Assembly: GCA_002840905.1 (NCBI GenBank)
Contig: PHDD01000005.1
Coordinates: forward strand, 3,012 to 67,011
Length of the DNA: 64,000 bases
Source: Bacteroidetes bacterium HGW-Bacteroidetes-4
GTDB lineage: Bacteria; Bacteroidota; Bacteroidia; Bacteroidales; SZUA-534
Direction: 5' to 3'
In this document: positions 1 through 11,900 of the stretch, piece after piece
Layout: each line of letters opens with the position of its first letter
Position numbering within the stretch: the stretch's first letter is position 1
Position numbers and translations under genes: made by a program
Notes under the pieces: generated by a model
The model's database searches: none
What the model saw: only the letters and a program-made list of their open reading frames with translations
What the model was told of the DNA's origin: nothing

Positions 1-643
1 AATGCTCCTTATCGTAGGGTAAAACCGCATGTACCGAATGCACATCCAGATTTTTTCCACCGGGAACAAGAGATAAAGAATCGTTGGCATATTTCAGGAG
101 ACCGTTTCCATAGTCGTGCACATACAAATCGTTTTCAGCCACATACAAGGCATAAAAATAATCGCCCCGGGTAGGCAGAACAGTAAATCCTGATTGGCTG
201 TATATATACAACCAATTATCGGTCAGAAAAAAAACCTTATTGCCTAAGGCAGCACAATTCCATACATTACCAAAATCGCGCAAAGCGGAATCGAGTAGTG
301 GAACCAGACTATGATACACCATTTTTCCGCTGGCATTGGGCTCCAGGTAACCAAAATCGCCTACTGCACCGGCATAAATCCGCCCATTAGTGTCGATGGT
401 TAAGGAACGAACGGTAGAATGATTAGTGATTGGAATGGTACGCCAAAAATAACCGTCAAAGCTTAAAACACCTGCCTGATTCCCAAAATACATTACCCCG
501 TTGGTATCCTGCTCAACCACCCAGTTTTGCGTATGCCCGTGGTAATCTTTGCTGGTAAAATTTTGGATAAAGAACTTCCCCGCCTCATAACCAAAGGCAT
601 TTAAACCAAGAATTGTTATGCAAACAAACAGAAGATTCCTCAT
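1..643 (-). CDS. Periplasmic beta-propeller sensor protein (two-component regulator propeller type), N-terminal fragment. The rest of the gene lies beyond the left window edge.
   Basis: The minus-strand frame is open from ATG at 641-643 to position 1 with no stop. It is absent from the supplied track because it runs off the window. My translation is MRNLLFVCITILGLNAFGYEAGKFFIQNFTSKDYHGHTQNWVVEQDTNGVMYFGNQAGVLSFDGYFWRTIPITNHSTVRSLTIDTNGRIYAGAVGDFGYLEP... This shows a signal peptide followed by repeated QD.nG.mYfG / D.nGriy.G blades typical of Bacteroidota Reg_prop sensor domains. Confidence 0.6.
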   Translation of the reverse strand, partial: MRNLLFVCITILGLNAFGYEAGKFFIQNFTSKDYHGHTQNWVVEQDTNGVMYFGNQAGVLSFDGYFWRTIPITNHSTVRSLTIDTNGRIYAGAVGDFGYLEPNASGKMVYHSLVPLLDSALRDFGNVWNCAALGNKVFFLTDNWLYIYSQSGFTVLPTRGDYFYALYVAENDLYVHDYGNGLLKYANDSLSLVPGGKNLDVHSVHAVLPYDKEH

Positions 644-960
644 TATTGGGGTATTTGTACGAATATAATCATTCTTAATGAAACCTGAATTTATTCCATC
701 TCATTTTTGCCTTTAGCAAATAAAAACACATAACCTGCTTAGCATATAGAGAATAACTTAAACAATATAATAAAAGCTCCCAGAAATGAAACAAAATTGA
801 TTCATAATTCAGACTATTCAAGCCTCAATCACTCAATCGTTTGCTTAATTTCAACCCGTCAGATTAAACCATAGCGGTCTTTTAATGTTTATACTTTGAA
901 AATAATGTGCAATTCTTCAAAACACTCCCAACAAAATTGGTTAACGGGAGAAAATTCGAC

Positions 961-968
961 TATTTTTG
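961..968 (+). promoter_or_regulatory. Candidate sigma-A -7 box (TATTTTTG) for gpmI
   Basis: Exact match to the Bacteroidota TAnnTTTG -7 consensus, 48 nt upstream of the gpmI ATG. Only a weak -33 (ATTGG) is present upstream. Confidence 0.4.
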
Positions 969-1015
969 CACCACTCAAAAAAATAAACAGACATTAGCAT
1001 CATAAAAAAACAATT

Positions 1016-2539
1016 ATGGGAACTAAAAAAGCATTACTAATGATTCTCGATGGTTGGGGAATCGGAAATAAAAGTAAAAGCGATGTAATTACCACTGCAG
1101 GAGCGCCTAACATGGAGCAATTAACCAAAACCTATCCAAACGCCCAATTACTGACCAGTGGCGAAAACGTAGGTTTACCCGATGGCCAGATGGGAAACTC
1201 CGAAGTAGGTCACTTAAATATTGGAGCCGGCCGTGTAGTTTATCAGGATTTGGTTCGTATCAACCTGGCTATTCGTGATAAATCGATTGAAAAGAACGAA
1301 ACCATTATTGAGGCTTTTAACTATGCTAAAAACAACAATAAAGCGGTTCACTTTTTAGGATTAATTGGCCCGGGTGGTGTACATGCCATGAGCCATCATT
1401 TGTTGGCTTTATGTGACTTAACAGCCCAATACAATCTCAACAATGTTTTTATTCATGCACTTACCGATGGACGCGACACCGATCCAAAAAGCGGTTTGGG
1501 CTTCATGAAAACGGTAGTTGATCACATTAAAGGAAGCAAAGTAAAAATTGCTTCGCTTATTGGCCGCTATTACACCATGGATCGCGATAAACGCTGGGAA
1601 CGGATTAAAGAAGGTTACGATTTAATGGTTCACGGAACAGGAACACCCAATACCGATGTATTAAAAGCCATTGAAAATTCGTATGCAGCCGGCGTAACCG
1701 ACGAGTTTATAAGACCCGTGGTAATGGTTGATGAAAATAAACAACCAGTTGGAACCATACAAGAAGGTGATGTGCTGTTCTGTTTTAACTTCAGAACCGA
1801 CCGTTTACGTCAGATAACCACCGTTCTTTCACAAAAAGACTTGCCTGAATTTGGCATGAAAACCATTCCGTTGCATTATGTAACCATGACTACCTACGAT
1901 GAGAATTTCAAAGGAATAAAGGTTGCATTTACCAAAGACAATGTGCAAAATACCATTGGTGAAGTAGTTTCAAAAGCCGGACTGAAACAAATTCGCATTG
2001 CAGAAACTGAAAAATATGCACACGTAACCTTTTTTATGAATGGTGGACGCGAAGACGAATTCCCCGGCGAAAAACGTATTCTGGTTAATTCACCCAAGGT
2101 AGCTACCTACGATTTACAGCCCGAAATGAGTGCCTACCAGGTTAAAGATGCCATTGTGTCCGAACTGAATAAAGGGGAAGTTGATTTTGTTGCTTTAAAC
2201 TTTGCCAATGGCGATATGGTTGGGCATACCGGTGTTTACGAAGCCATCACCAAAGCAATAAAAGCTGTTGATACATGTGTGGGCGAAGTTGTAGCCGCAG
2301 CACGAAATAATGGCTACGAAGTGGTGATTATTGCCGACCACGGAAACGCCGACAATGCAGTAAACGAAGATGGCTCGCCAAATACAGCCCACTCGCTAAA
2401 TCCGGTACCCATTGTGGTGGTTTCAGATACAGTAAAAAAAGTTGAAAACGGAATTCTGGCCGATGTGGCTCCAACTATTTTGCATTTAATGGGAGTTGAA
2501 ATTCCCAAAGAAATGACCGGCAAAGTATTGGTAAAATAA
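1016..2539 (+). CDS. gpmI: 2,3-bisphosphoglycerate-independent phosphoglycerate mutase
   Basis: 507-aa ORF. It has the N-terminal LMILDGWG, the [13 protein letters not shown] catalytic Ser motif, and the C-terminal metal-binding motifs [12 protein letters not shown] and ADHGNA. Length is typical of iPGM. Confidence 0.95.
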   Translation: MGTKKALLMILDGWGIGNKSKSDVITTAGAPNMEQLTKTYPNAQLLTSGENVGLPDGQMGNSEVGHLNIGAGRVVYQDLVRINLAIRDKSIEKNETIIEAFNYAKNNNKAVHFLGLIGPGGVHAMSHHLLALCDLTAQYNLNNVFIHALTDGRDTDPKSGLGFMKTVVDHIKGSKVKIASLIGRYYTMDRDKRWERIKEGYDLMVHGTGTPNTDVLKAIENSYAAGVTDEFIRPVVMVDENKQPVGTIQEGDVLFCFNFRTDRLRQITTVLSQKDLPEFGMKTIPLHYVTMTTYDENFKGIKVAFTKDNVQNTIGEVVSKAGLKQIRIAETEKYAHVTFFMNGGREDEFPGEKRILVNSPKVATYDLQPEMSAYQVKDAIVSELNKGEVDFVALNFANGDMVGHTGVYEAITKAIKAVDTCVGEVVAAARNNGYEVVIIADHGNADNAVNEDGSPNTAHSLNPVPIVVVSDTVKKVENGILADVAPTILHLMGVEIPKEMTGKVLVK

Positions 2540-2558
2540 CGTATGCTTTATAAAAACA

Positions 2559-2606
2559 AAACCGCAAACACTAAGACCCGTTTCTTTTGTGTTTGCGGTT
2601 TTTTTA
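2559..2606. terminator. Rho-independent terminator shared by the convergent gpmI and enoyl-CoA hydratase genes
   Basis: A 12-bp stem AACCGCAAACAC (2560-2571) / GTGTTTGCGGTT (2589-2600) is followed by a T-run on the plus strand and preceded by an A-run, which is a T-run on the minus strand. Confidence 0.75.
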
Positions 2607-2616
2607 CTCAACTAAC

Positions 2617-3360
2617 CTAAAACCGTTCTCCTACTCCTTTTTGAATATTTTTTTCCAATAATTCGGCAAAAAGTCGGGCTTCGTTCATGTAGCGTGTATT
2701 TATATCGGTCAAGCGATTTAACTGTAACATGGTTTTGGTGGCCTTAATTGCCTGAGAATTTAACGTGTTCATAACTGATAACAAATTCTCCATATTGGCT
2801 TTGAAATTAGCATTGGGAATAACCTGCTGAATTAATCCCTGCTGTTGTGCTATTGTCAACGGAATGGGTTCGCCGGTTAATAAATAATATGCCGACTGAT
2901 GATAGCCCATTTGTTCCGGAAGCAAAACGGTTCCTCCTGCACCGGGTATAATTCCATACTTCAGTTCCGGAAATCCCAATTGGGCATTTTCAGCAGCAAT
3001 GCGAATATCACAGTGCATGGCAAGTTCCAGTCCTCCGCCCAGACAAATTCCGCTAATAAATACCACGGTTGGTATCGCCAGGCTTTGTAACATGCGAAAC
3101 GTGTTGTGAATGTATTGGCTTTGTTTTTCAGCCTCAGCCTTTGAAAGGGTTTTCATTTCGCTTAAATCGCCACCGGCACTAAAAGCTTTTTCGTTTCCGG
3201 CAATAAAAAGTGCATTCAGCTTTTCCGTATCAATGGTAGTCAACAAATGATTTAATTCCTGAACCATCAAAAAATTAATGGCATTGAGTTTTTCAGGACG
3301 GTTCAATCGAACCAGCAATACTTTGTCATTTTGTGTGCATTTAATATAGCTATACTTCAT
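2617..3360 (-). CDS. Enoyl-CoA hydratase/isomerase (crotonase) family protein
   Basis: 247 aa. It carries crotonase signatures FSAGGDLSEM and ICLGGGLELAMHCDIRIAAENAQLGFPELKYGIIPGAGGT. Confidence 0.85.
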   Translation of the reverse strand: MKYSYIKCTQNDKVLLVRLNRPEKLNAINFLMVQELNHLLTTIDTEKLNALFIAGNEKAFSAGGDLSEMKTLSKAEAEKQSQYIHNTFRMLQSLAIPTVVFISGICLGGGLELAMHCDIRIAAENAQLGFPELKYGIIPGAGGTVLLPEQMGYHQSAYYLLTGEPIPLTIAQQQGLIQQVIPNANFKANMENLLSVMNTLNSQAIKATKTMLQLNRLTDINTRYMNEARLFAELLEKNIQKGVGERF

Positions 3361-3449
3361 CTTATTCCAATTAAAGTTTAAATCTACAAAAAAGTTTGAT
3401 GGCTAATTCGATATCTTTGCGGAAATCAACAATTACAATATTTTACATC

Positions 3450-3791
3450 ATGATAACCAATACTTTACTTCAGATCAATAACTTTGGCATGGGTCAGGGC
3501 GATGAATCGCTGGGTTTAAAACTGATAAACAACTATTTTAACCTGATAATTAACGACGAGCAGTACCCGCAATTTGTAGTATTTTACAATAGCGGTGTAA
3601 AACTTCTGACTCAAAATTCGCTCGTTGTTGATTCGCTTAAAAAACTTGCTGAAGCCGGTGTTCAATTAATTGCCTGCAAGACCTGCATTGAACACTATCA
3701 GATTTCATTACCCTTGCCGGTAGGTATCGCCGGAAGCATGATTGATATTATTTCCTTACAGCAAAAAGCTGAAAAAATAATTACGCTTTAA
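3450..3791 (+). CDS. DsrE/DsrF-like sulfur-relay fold protein, resembling the C-terminal half of YedF-type proteins
   Basis: The track ORF runs 3396-3791. I prefer the internal ATG at 3450 (MITNTLLQINNFGMGQGDE...). The block FYNSGVKLL...LAEAGVQLIACKTCIEHYQI...VGIAGSMIDII matches the DsrE-like pattern nGGVkL...G..i..C.TC...y....vG...m..i. Its 3' end overlaps the convergent acyltransferase gene by 11 nt. Confidence 0.55.
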   Translation: MITNTLLQINNFGMGQGDESLGLKLINNYFNLIINDEQYPQFVVFYNSGVKLLTQNSLVVDSLKKLAEAGVQLIACKTCIEHYQISLPLPVGIAGSMIDIISLQQKAEKIITL

Positions 3792-4536
3792 TTTCCTGCT
3801 CTATCAGGTTTTTAACTCTATCGAGAAGTTCCTCGTCGGCAAAATCGGTCCGCTTAATTGAGCTTAATGCGGTATAATTCAGCTTTATTCCAAAATTCAG
3901 GGGGAAATATCCCCATGGATGTAATTTGTAATTTCCGTCGATAACAAAAGGAACAATGAGTGCATTTGGTGCTGCTTTTAATAAAGTTTTAAACCCTGCC
4001 GGCTGAAAAGTTCGCAATTGCCCGGTTTTACTCCGGGTTCCCTCAGGGAAAATACATGCTGACCAATTATCACTTCCCATTCGCTTTCCTAGTTTTAAAA
4101 TTTCTTTTATAGCTTGCGATCCGCTCTCGCGATCAATAAGTACCGAACCTCCTTTATGCAGGTTATATGAAACACTGGGAAGGTTTTTCCCCAATTCTTT
4201 TTTTGCAATAAATTTAACATGATGTTTTCTGAAGCCCCAGATTACTGGTGAAATATCGTACATGCTCTGATGATTTGCCACTACTATCAGGGGAACATCT
4301 ACCGGTAATTGGTCAAAACCTTTGAAAACTGGTCGGCATAGCAGGGTGTACATATTTTGTACTAAGAAAAAATTCAGTACATCGACCACTTTTTTATGAG
4401 CATTATATCCAAATAAATTGAAAGCAATAACCTGGATGGGATGAAAAATTCCTAAAAACAAAGCGGCTAAAGCGTAATGGATTAGGGTTAAGGGATAGGC
4501 AATAATCTTTCGCATTGATGTAAATTTTGAACGCAA
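3781..4536 (-). CDS. 1-acyl-sn-glycerol-3-phosphate acyltransferase family (lysophospholipid acyltransferase)
   Basis: 251 aa with an N-terminal membrane helix, the HX4D catalytic motif (ANHQSMYDI) and an FPEGTRS block. Confidence 0.8.
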   Translation of the reverse strand: MRSKFTSMRKIIAYPLTLIHYALAALFLGIFHPIQVIAFNLFGYNAHKKVVDVLNFFLVQNMYTLLCRPVFKGFDQLPVDVPLIVVANHQSMYDISPVIWGFRKHHVKFIAKKELGKNLPSVSYNLHKGGSVLIDRESGSQAIKEILKLGKRMGSDNWSACIFPEGTRSKTGQLRTFQPAGFKTLLKAAPNALIVPFVIDGNYKLHPWGYFPLNFGIKLNYTALSSIKRTDFADEELLDRVKNLIEQEIKA

Positions 4537-4541
4537 ATATA

Positions 4542-4574
4542 TAAAAAAAGGGGGCTAGCACTCCCCCTTTTTTA
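4542..4574 (-). terminator. Rho-independent terminator after nrdJ
   Basis: A GGGGG (4550-4554) / CCCCC (4563-4567) stem is flanked by an A-run and a T-run. On the minus strand it reads GGGGGAGTGCTAGCCCCC followed by T7, directly downstream of the nrdJ stop. Confidence 0.7.
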
Positions 4575-4597
4575 TTGCGATGTAAACAGTTGGCAAC

Positions 4598-7171
4598 CTA
4601 CCCGCATTTTGAGTATCCACAACTTGAGCAGGTTAAGCAACCATCTTGATAAACTATGGTGTTTTCTTCGTTACATTCCGGGCAAACGGTTCCTTCCTTA
4701 GCTTTGGTTCCGTCTTTTATGTATTTTTTTAAGGCTCGTGCCACGCCATTTTTCCATGTATTAATGGTTTCTGAGTCAAGCACCAGTGAATCGACCAGGT
4801 TTATTACCTGGGGAATGGGCATGCCATAACGCAACACGCCAGAAATTAATTTGGCATAATTCCAAAACTCCGGATCAAATTTGTGTGATAATCCTTCAAC
4901 CGTAGTTTTGTATCCGTATTTGTTTTCGTATTGAAAATCGTAACGGGTATTTCCTTCTTCGTCTTTGTTTTTAATTATTTTTCCATGCTCTATAGCTTTT
5001 GGAATGGGCAATACATCGTCTTCGGCCAAACCGGTAAAAATTTCGTAAGGCAAACCATCGAACAATCCAACAAAAGCTATCCATTTTTCATTGTTATTAT
5101 TAAAACGTTGAATATCGGCTTCTAAAACTTTTGGTCTTTTAAGTTCACCCATCGATTTAACTTCATCGTCGGCTTTCTCTTCCTTTTTGTTCGATATCAA
5201 AACTCCGGAACGCGACCCATCGCGATACACCGTTACCCCTTTGCATCCACTTTTCCAGGCTTCCACATACAGTTCGCCCACCAATTCCTCGCTGGCATCT
5301 TCGGGTAAGTTTATGGTAACACTGATGGAATGATCGACCCATTTTTGAATCTTGCCCTGCATTTTCACTTTCTGATTCCAGTCCACATCGTTCGATGTTG
5401 CTTTATAGTAGGGCGATTGAGCAACAAGAGCATCGATTTCGCTTTCACTCAAACCCTTAATGTTATCCACATTATGTCCGTTAACCTTCAACCAGGTTAA
5501 AAAATGATGATGGAACACGTAAAATTCTTCCCAGCTATCGCCTACCTCGTCAACAAAAGTAACATTCACATTCTTGTCGTTTGGATTCACCTTACGACGG
5601 CGTTTGTAAACAGGAAGGAACACCGGTTCAATTCCCGAAGTGGTTTGGGTCATTAAACTTGTGGTTCCGGTAGGCGCAATGGTTAACAAGGCAATATTGC
5701 GACGTCCGTAGGTCATCATATCCTCAAAAAGTTGCGGATCGGCTTGTTTGATGCGCTGAATCATCGGGTTATTTATCTCGCGTTTGGCATCGAAAATGAT
5801 AAAAGCGCCACGCTCTTTGGCCATCTCAGTTGATGAACGATAAGCGGCTAACGCCAGCGTTTTTTGTACTTCAACAGCAAAGTCAGTAGCTTCGGGAGTA
5901 CCGTAGCGGTATCCTAAAGCAGCTAACATATCACCTTCACCAGTGATTCCAACACCGGTACGGCGACCCTCGTTGGCTTTTTGCTTAATATTTTCCCATA
6001 GTTTTACCTCGATGCGTTTTACTTCGGGTTCTTCTGGATCGTTTTTGATTTTATTAATGATGGCATCAATTTTTTCTAACTCCAGATCGATAATGTCATC
6101 CATAAAACGCTGTGCATAAGCTACGTGCTTTTTAAATTTGTCAAAATTAAAACCCGCCTTATTGGTAAATGGATTTTCAACATAACTGTAAAGATTCACT
6201 GCCAACAAACGGCAGCTATCGTAAGGGCAAAGGGGAATTTCGCCACAAGGATTGGTCGATACCGTTTTGTAACCCAAATCGGCATAACAATCGGGAATAC
6301 TTTCATTGATCACGGTGTCCCAGAAAAGGATTCCGGGTTCGGCTGATTTCCAGGCATTATGAACAATCTTTGTCCACAATGCCTGAGCATCAATTTCTTT
6401 TACAAAAGTAGGTTCTTTCGATTCAACCGGATACTGCTGCTTGTAAGGAACCTTTTCTACTACCGATTTCATAAAATCGTCGTCAATTTTTACCGACACA
6501 TTGGCTCCGGTAACTTTACCCGATTCCAGTTTAGCATCAATAAAAGCTTCTGCATCGGGATGTTTAATTGAAACTGAAAGCATCAAAGCGCCACGACGAC
6601 CATCCTGAGCCACTTCGCGGGTTGAATTGGAATAACGTTCCATAAAAGGAACCAATCCGGTGCTTGTGAGCGCTGAGTTTTTAACCGGGCTTCCCTTTGG
6701 ACGAATGTGCGAAAGATCGTGCCCAACACCTCCACGGCGTTTCATGAGTTGAACCTGTTCCTGATCAATCATCATGATACCACCATAAGAATCGGCCGGA
6801 TTTTTACGGCCTACTACAAAGCAGTTTGAAAGTGAGGCTACCTGAAAATCATTACCAATTCCGGTCATGGGGCCACCCTGAGGAATAATGTATTTAAAGT
6901 CTTTTAAGAGAGCAAAAATTTCGTCCTCAGTCATCGGGTTCTCATAACGACTTTCTATCCGATGAATCTCGCCGGCCAATCGTCGGTGCATATCGTCGGG
7001 AGTAAGTTCATACAAGTTGCCTTGTGAATCTTTCAACGCATACTTGTTCACCCATACGGTAGCGGCCAGTTCATCTCCTTTAAAATACTCCAACGATGCT
7101 TTTACTGCTTCTTCGTAAGAGTATGTCTTCATTTTTTTTCCTGTTTTTACGGTAATTTCTTCAGTTAACAT
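4598..7171 (-). CDS. nrdJ: Adenosylcobalamin-dependent ribonucleotide reductase (class II)
   Basis: 857 aa. It shows RNR large-subunit blocks: LSNCFV, the active-site region STNPCGEIPL, and TIAPTGTTSL. There is no ATP-cone and no adjacent small-subunit gene. The C-terminal Cys cluster is CPECNEEN...CLTCSSCGYSKCG. An alternative start is Met14 at 7132 (MKTYSYEEAVKASLEYF). Confidence 0.9.
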   Translation of the reverse strand: MLTEEITVKTGKKMKTYSYEEAVKASLEYFKGDELAATVWVNKYALKDSQGNLYELTPDDMHRRLAGEIHRIESRYENPMTEDEIFALLKDFKYIIPQGGPMTGIGNDFQVASLSNCFVVGRKNPADSYGGIMMIDQEQVQLMKRRGGVGHDLSHIRPKGSPVKNSALTSTGLVPFMERYSNSTREVAQDGRRGALMLSVSIKHPDAEAFIDAKLESGKVTGANVSVKIDDDFMKSVVEKVPYKQQYPVESKEPTFVKEIDAQALWTKIVHNAWKSAEPGILFWDTVINESIPDCYADLGYKTVSTNPCGEIPLCPYDSCRLLAVNLYSYVENPFTNKAGFNFDKFKKHVAYAQRFMDDIIDLELEKIDAIINKIKNDPEEPEVKRIEVKLWENIKQKANEGRRTGVGITGEGDMLAALGYRYGTPEATDFAVEVQKTLALAAYRSSTEMAKERGAFIIFDAKREINNPMIQRIKQADPQLFEDMMTYGRRNIALLTIAPTGTTSLMTQTTSGIEPVFLPVYKRRRKVNPNDKNVNVTFVDEVGDSWEEFYVFHHHFLTWLKVNGHNVDNIKGLSESEIDALVAQSPYYKATSNDVDWNQKVKMQGKIQKWVDHSISVTINLPEDASEELVGELYVEAWKSGCKGVTVYRDGSRSGVLISNKKEEKADDEVKSMGELKRPKVLEADIQRFNNNNEKWIAFVGLFDGLPYEIFTGLAEDDVLPIPKAIEHGKIIKNKDEEGNTRYDFQYENKYGYKTTVEGLSHKFDPEFWNYAKLISGVLRYGMPIPQVINLVDSLVLDSETINTWKNGVARALKKYIKDGTKAKEGTVCPECNEENTIVYQDGCLTCSSCGYSKCG

Positions 7172-7422
7172 TTTTGCACGTTTTACCCGGTTTGTAACTC
7201 TCTTTAATTAATTTGTTTCTTGAACTTCTGAGGGTGACAGAAACGCTATGCGAAAATAGTTCATAAGCTAAAATTTCAGAAATTCACTTATTAACAATTA
7301 AGAAAAAGAAATTGATAATTAACTGACATGCAATTTATTATCCCGTTGATTTCTCAGATTTCGCTTAGATAAAGAGTTGGGGGTCTTATTTATAAAAGGG
7401 GCGTATTGTTTAACGAGTTAAG

Positions 7423-8649
7423 CTATAATTTGCTTAATATTTTTTGCGTACCACCACGCATTTCATTCACATATTGCGATGCATTTTCGCCTGCTTTTTT
7501 GCAAAAATCAGCATCTTTTAGCAATTGTTGAAGAATGGTTTCAAAAGCAATATAATTTTGAATGGTAAAGGCCGATTTTCGCTCAATTAAATCGCATGCT
7601 TCCTGAAAACGGAGGTAATTGGGTCCAAAAACAACGGGTAAACCATACGTAGCCGCCTCAAGAATGTTGTGAATACCTTTTCCGAATCCACCGCCAATAT
7701 AGGCAAGTGTTCCGTAGCGATAAAGCGACGACAGTATGCCTATACTGTCGATGAGCAATACATCTGCTTGGGTAATATTATCAGTAGTTGCGTTTGAAAA
7801 ACGCAAAACATCTTGCTTAAAAAGCGCTTCAATTTTTTGAATATGGCCTTCATGCACTTCGTGTGGAGCAATAATCCATTGGTATTTTCCTTTGTTTTTT
7901 TCAGCAAATGCCGCCAAAAATTCTTCGTCTTTTTCCCAGGTACTTCCGGCAATAATCAGTGGTTTTCCCGACGCAAACTGAGTAATCAAATCGATGGGTT
8001 TGGCAGCAATAGCCAAATCGTAAACCCTGTCGAACCGGGTATCGCCTCCCACCTCAACCTGAGTTATACCAATAGATTCCAACAAATCTTTCGAACTGTC
8101 GTTTTGAACATAAATACGGGTAAAAAAACGAAGCATGTTCCGGTACCAGGCACCGTACCTTTTAAAAAACAACTGCTGCGGTCTGAAGATTGCGGAAAAA
8201 ATATAGGTTGGAATTTGTTGTAAGTGCAATTGTTTCAGGAAGTGAAACCAGAAATCGTACTTTACAAAAAAAGCATACGAAGGGTTTACCAGCGAAACAA
8301 ATTTTTTTGCATTCCTTCGGGTATCTACAGGCAAATAGCAAACATAATCGACTCCCGGGTAATCTTTTCTGATTTCGTAACCTGAAGGAGAGAAAAAAGT
8401 GAGCACTATTTTAATTTCAGGATACCGCTTACGAAAACCTTCAATTACCGGTCTTCCCTGTTCGAATTCGCCCAACGACGAAACATGAAACCAGGCTGTT
8501 TGTGCATCCTTATCGAGCGCCGCCTGAAGGTTTTTATACCAGTTTTGACGACCTTTTACCCACTGTTTTGCTTTTTGATTAAATAAGCTGGCCACATAAA
8601 TGGCACCAACATAAAACCAGATTCCTAAACTATATAAAAACCGCATCAC
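7423..8649 (-). CDS. waaA: 3-deoxy-D-manno-octulosonic acid (Kdo) transferase
   Basis: 408 aa with an N-terminal membrane anchor, the WFHVSSLGEFEQGRPVIE motif characteristic of KdtA/WaaA, and a C-terminal GT-B half (GGGFGKGIHNILEAATYGLPVVFGPN). Confidence 0.85.
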   Translation of the reverse strand: MMRFLYSLGIWFYVGAIYVASLFNQKAKQWVKGRQNWYKNLQAALDKDAQTAWFHVSSLGEFEQGRPVIEGFRKRYPEIKIVLTFFSPSGYEIRKDYPGVDYVCYLPVDTRRNAKKFVSLVNPSYAFFVKYDFWFHFLKQLHLQQIPTYIFSAIFRPQQLFFKRYGAWYRNMLRFFTRIYVQNDSSKDLLESIGITQVEVGGDTRFDRVYDLAIAAKPIDLITQFASGKPLIIAGSTWEKDEEFLAAFAEKNKGKYQWIIAPHEVHEGHIQKIEALFKQDVLRFSNATTDNITQADVLLIDSIGILSSLYRYGTLAYIGGGFGKGIHNILEAATYGLPVVFGPNYLRFQEACDLIERKSAFTIQNYIAFETILQQLLKDADFCKKAGENASQYVNEMRGGTQKILSKL

Positions 8650-8922
8650 TAAACTGTTATAGTATCTATTCGTGTGGTATAACCCGTTTTAATTTGCTTT
8701 ACAAATATATATCGGGAAAACCAGCATTCCTTTTAAACAGGCTCAAAGGTAACAATATTATCATTCCGGATCCTTTGACCGGCTAAAATCTGAATTGCGG
8801 AATATTTTCAGAAATAAGAATTCTCAAACTTTATTAAAATTTTACAACAAAGCAGCCTATAAATCCCCATAATGCCATACAATAATTTATATTTATAAAT
8901 TAAACCGGATATCGTATTTGTA

Positions 8923-11900
8923 TTGAAGAAGCTATATTTCCTTATCGTTTTACTCCTCACCGCTTTTATGGTCCAGAGCCAGAACTGGTCGAATTTGCGG
9001 CAAAAAACCATTGCAATAGCCGATTCGTTGCTACTCGACAGTTTAAGCATCGTTCCCGGTTCATTAATTGCAAGCCAGGGACCCCGCGTGTTAAAGGAAG
9101 GTGTCGATTTCGAAATAAATTATTCCACAGCTTTGTTTACCTGGATAAATTCCAACCATAAAAACACAAATGCAACTTTTAGCTATCGCGTATTCCCTGT
9201 AAATTTTTCGTTTTCAACTAAGCAACTTTCGATTTTTGACAGCATACCAGAAAAGGGTTCATACATAAAGAATGAAAACTATGAACGCATAAATGCAAGC
9301 GGATTGCCTATTGACCAAAACTCCCTGGAAGTAAACGGAACCATTGCCCGGGGAATAAATGTAGGAAACAACCAGAATATGGGACTGAACTCAACGTTAA
9401 ACCTGCAAATAAAAGGAAAACTTTCTGAAGATGTCTTTATTGATGCGGTAATGTCGGACAATTCCATTCCCATGCAACCTGATGGATACTCACAACAAAT
9501 TAACGAGTTCGATCAGATATACATGCGTATTTACAACCAAAAACATTCGCTGCAAATTGGTGATTTAAAGTTGAACGAAAACAACAGTTACTTTTTAAAA
9601 TTTAACCGAAAAGTACAGGGAATCGATTTGCAAACACAAAGCAATTACGCCACAAAAAACAGCTACACCCGCAACCGGGTTAGTGCTGCTGTGGCTAAAG
9701 GCAGCTTTAACCGAATAGAATTTTTAGGAACCGAAGGAATTCAAGGGCCTTACCAACTAAAGGGGGCTAACAATGAAACTTTTGTTGTAGTGCTGGCCGG
9801 AACTGAAAAGGTTTTTTTAAATGGAGTGATGCTCGAACGAGGCGAAAAAGCCGATTATGTAATGGATTACAATACCGCAGAACTTTCCTTTAATCCCAAA
9901 CACATGATAAACAACAAATCGCGAATAATTGTGGAATTTGAATATTCCGACAAAAACTACAACCGCTTTTTGTTTTATACCGACCAACAGTTTAACTACA
10001 ATAAAGGATCCATTTCAGTTCAATATTTCACCGAGGGCGATGCAAAAAACCAGCCTGTTAATCAGGAAATAAATCCTTTTGAAAAACAGGTTCTTGAGCT
10101 TGCCGGCGACAACATAACAGGCAGTGTAATTCCGAATATTGATAGCATTGCATTTGACCAGAACCGGGTTTTGTACAAAATGATTGACACGCTTGTAAAT
10201 GGTGTTTTTTACGATAGCATTCTGGTTTATTCAACGCATCCCGACAGCGCTTTTTATCAAGCAGGATTTTCGTTGGTTGGCGAAAACAGGGGCAATTACA
10301 TTCGCGTACTTTCAACCACCAATGGAAAAATGTACCAGTGGGTTGCACCACAAAACAGTATTCCCCAGGGAAATTATGAGCCGGTTCAATTGTTGATTCC
10401 CCCTAAAAAACAACAACTTGCCCTAATAAAAAGCACATTTAAGCCAACAAAAAACATTAAAATTGAAACCGAATTAGCTTATTCGCAAAAAGATTTGAAC
10501 ACCTTCTCAAATCGGGATTCATACGATAATAATGGCTACGCGCTTAGCACCCGATATCATCAAAAAATTAATTTAAATGCATCAAATTTAACGGTTTTTG
10601 CACACTACAATTTCATTCACAAACATTTTTATCCGCTTGAGCGCTTCAGACCGGCTGAATTTGAACGGGAATGGAACTTGCTGAGTGAAATTAAAAACAA
10701 CGAACATTATATAAGTTCCGGCATCACTTTGAGTAAAAAACAACACCATTCCTTTTCAGTTATTCAGGAATATCTGAACAAGGGTACCGAATACGAAGGT
10801 TCAAAAACCTTATTCCGGACAAAGGTTAAGAACGGGAAACTAAGTTTTACTGCCGATGGTTCTTACCTGAACACAAAAGGGAGCGCTTTCAGTTCAGTTT
10901 TTTACCAGCATCACACTTCGTTGGCTTTCACTCACAAAAAATGGGAAGCCGGAGTGGGGCATCATATGGAGAACAACAAACTTTTTTTAGTTCATACCGA
11001 CAGCCTGCTTAATCAAAGTCAACTTTTTTCTGAAACCGGATCGTTCCTCAATTATGGTGACAGTTCTTCGCAACAGGCGCGCATTGCTTATAAAAACCGA
11101 ATCGATTTTTCGCCCTTTCAAAATCAATTGGTAAAATCGTCGGTCTCAGACGACTTATCGTTCGAAATGCAACTGGCAAAAAACCCAAACAATCAATTGC
11201 AAACGGCTATTACCTGGCGAAACCTCAACATAATAAACGACAGCCTGCTACCTAACCTAAAAAGCGAACAAAACCTGCTGGCCTGGCTTGAACATCAATT
11301 AAACGTAAAAAAAAGACTGGTAACTTTATACACATTTTATGAAATGGGCAGTGGACTGGAATCAAAAAAGGAATACGCTTACCTTGAAGTTGCACCGGGG
11401 CAGGGTAATTATACCTGGGTTGATTTGAACAACAATAATCAACAGGAATTGAATGAGTTTGAGCTAGCGGCAATTGCCGAAGAAGCCAATTACATTAAAA
11501 TGTATACACCCACGGGCGAATACCTTAAAGTTTATTCGGTAAAACTGAACGAAACATTAAAAATTAACCCCGATGCGATATGGAAAAACGAATCGGGTAT
11601 TAAAAAACTGGCTTCCCATTTTTCCAATCAGTTGAGTTTGCGCATATTTCAAAAACACAGTCAAAGCAAATTGGAAGCCCGAATGAATCCGTTTACCAGC
11701 TCCTATGCCGACAGCCAGATAATAAGCACAAACAATTCCTTGCGCAATACCTTTTCATTTAATCGCAGCCACCCGAAGTTTGGAGCCGATTATACCCTGA
11801 GCCAGCAAAAGCAAAAAAGCTTATTGGTTAACGGATTCGATGAATCGATGCTTCAACTGCATGAACTTAAAGTACGCTGGAATTTAACGGCTGAACTCTT

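Noticed and set aside
7172-7422. Looked for a cobalamin riboswitch or NrdR boxes upstream of the B12-dependent nrdJ
   Set aside because: I found no B12-box-like core, no multi-stem GC-rich structure and no palindromic NrdR-type box by eye. The region is AT-rich and unstructured. A covariance-model scan would be needed to be certain.
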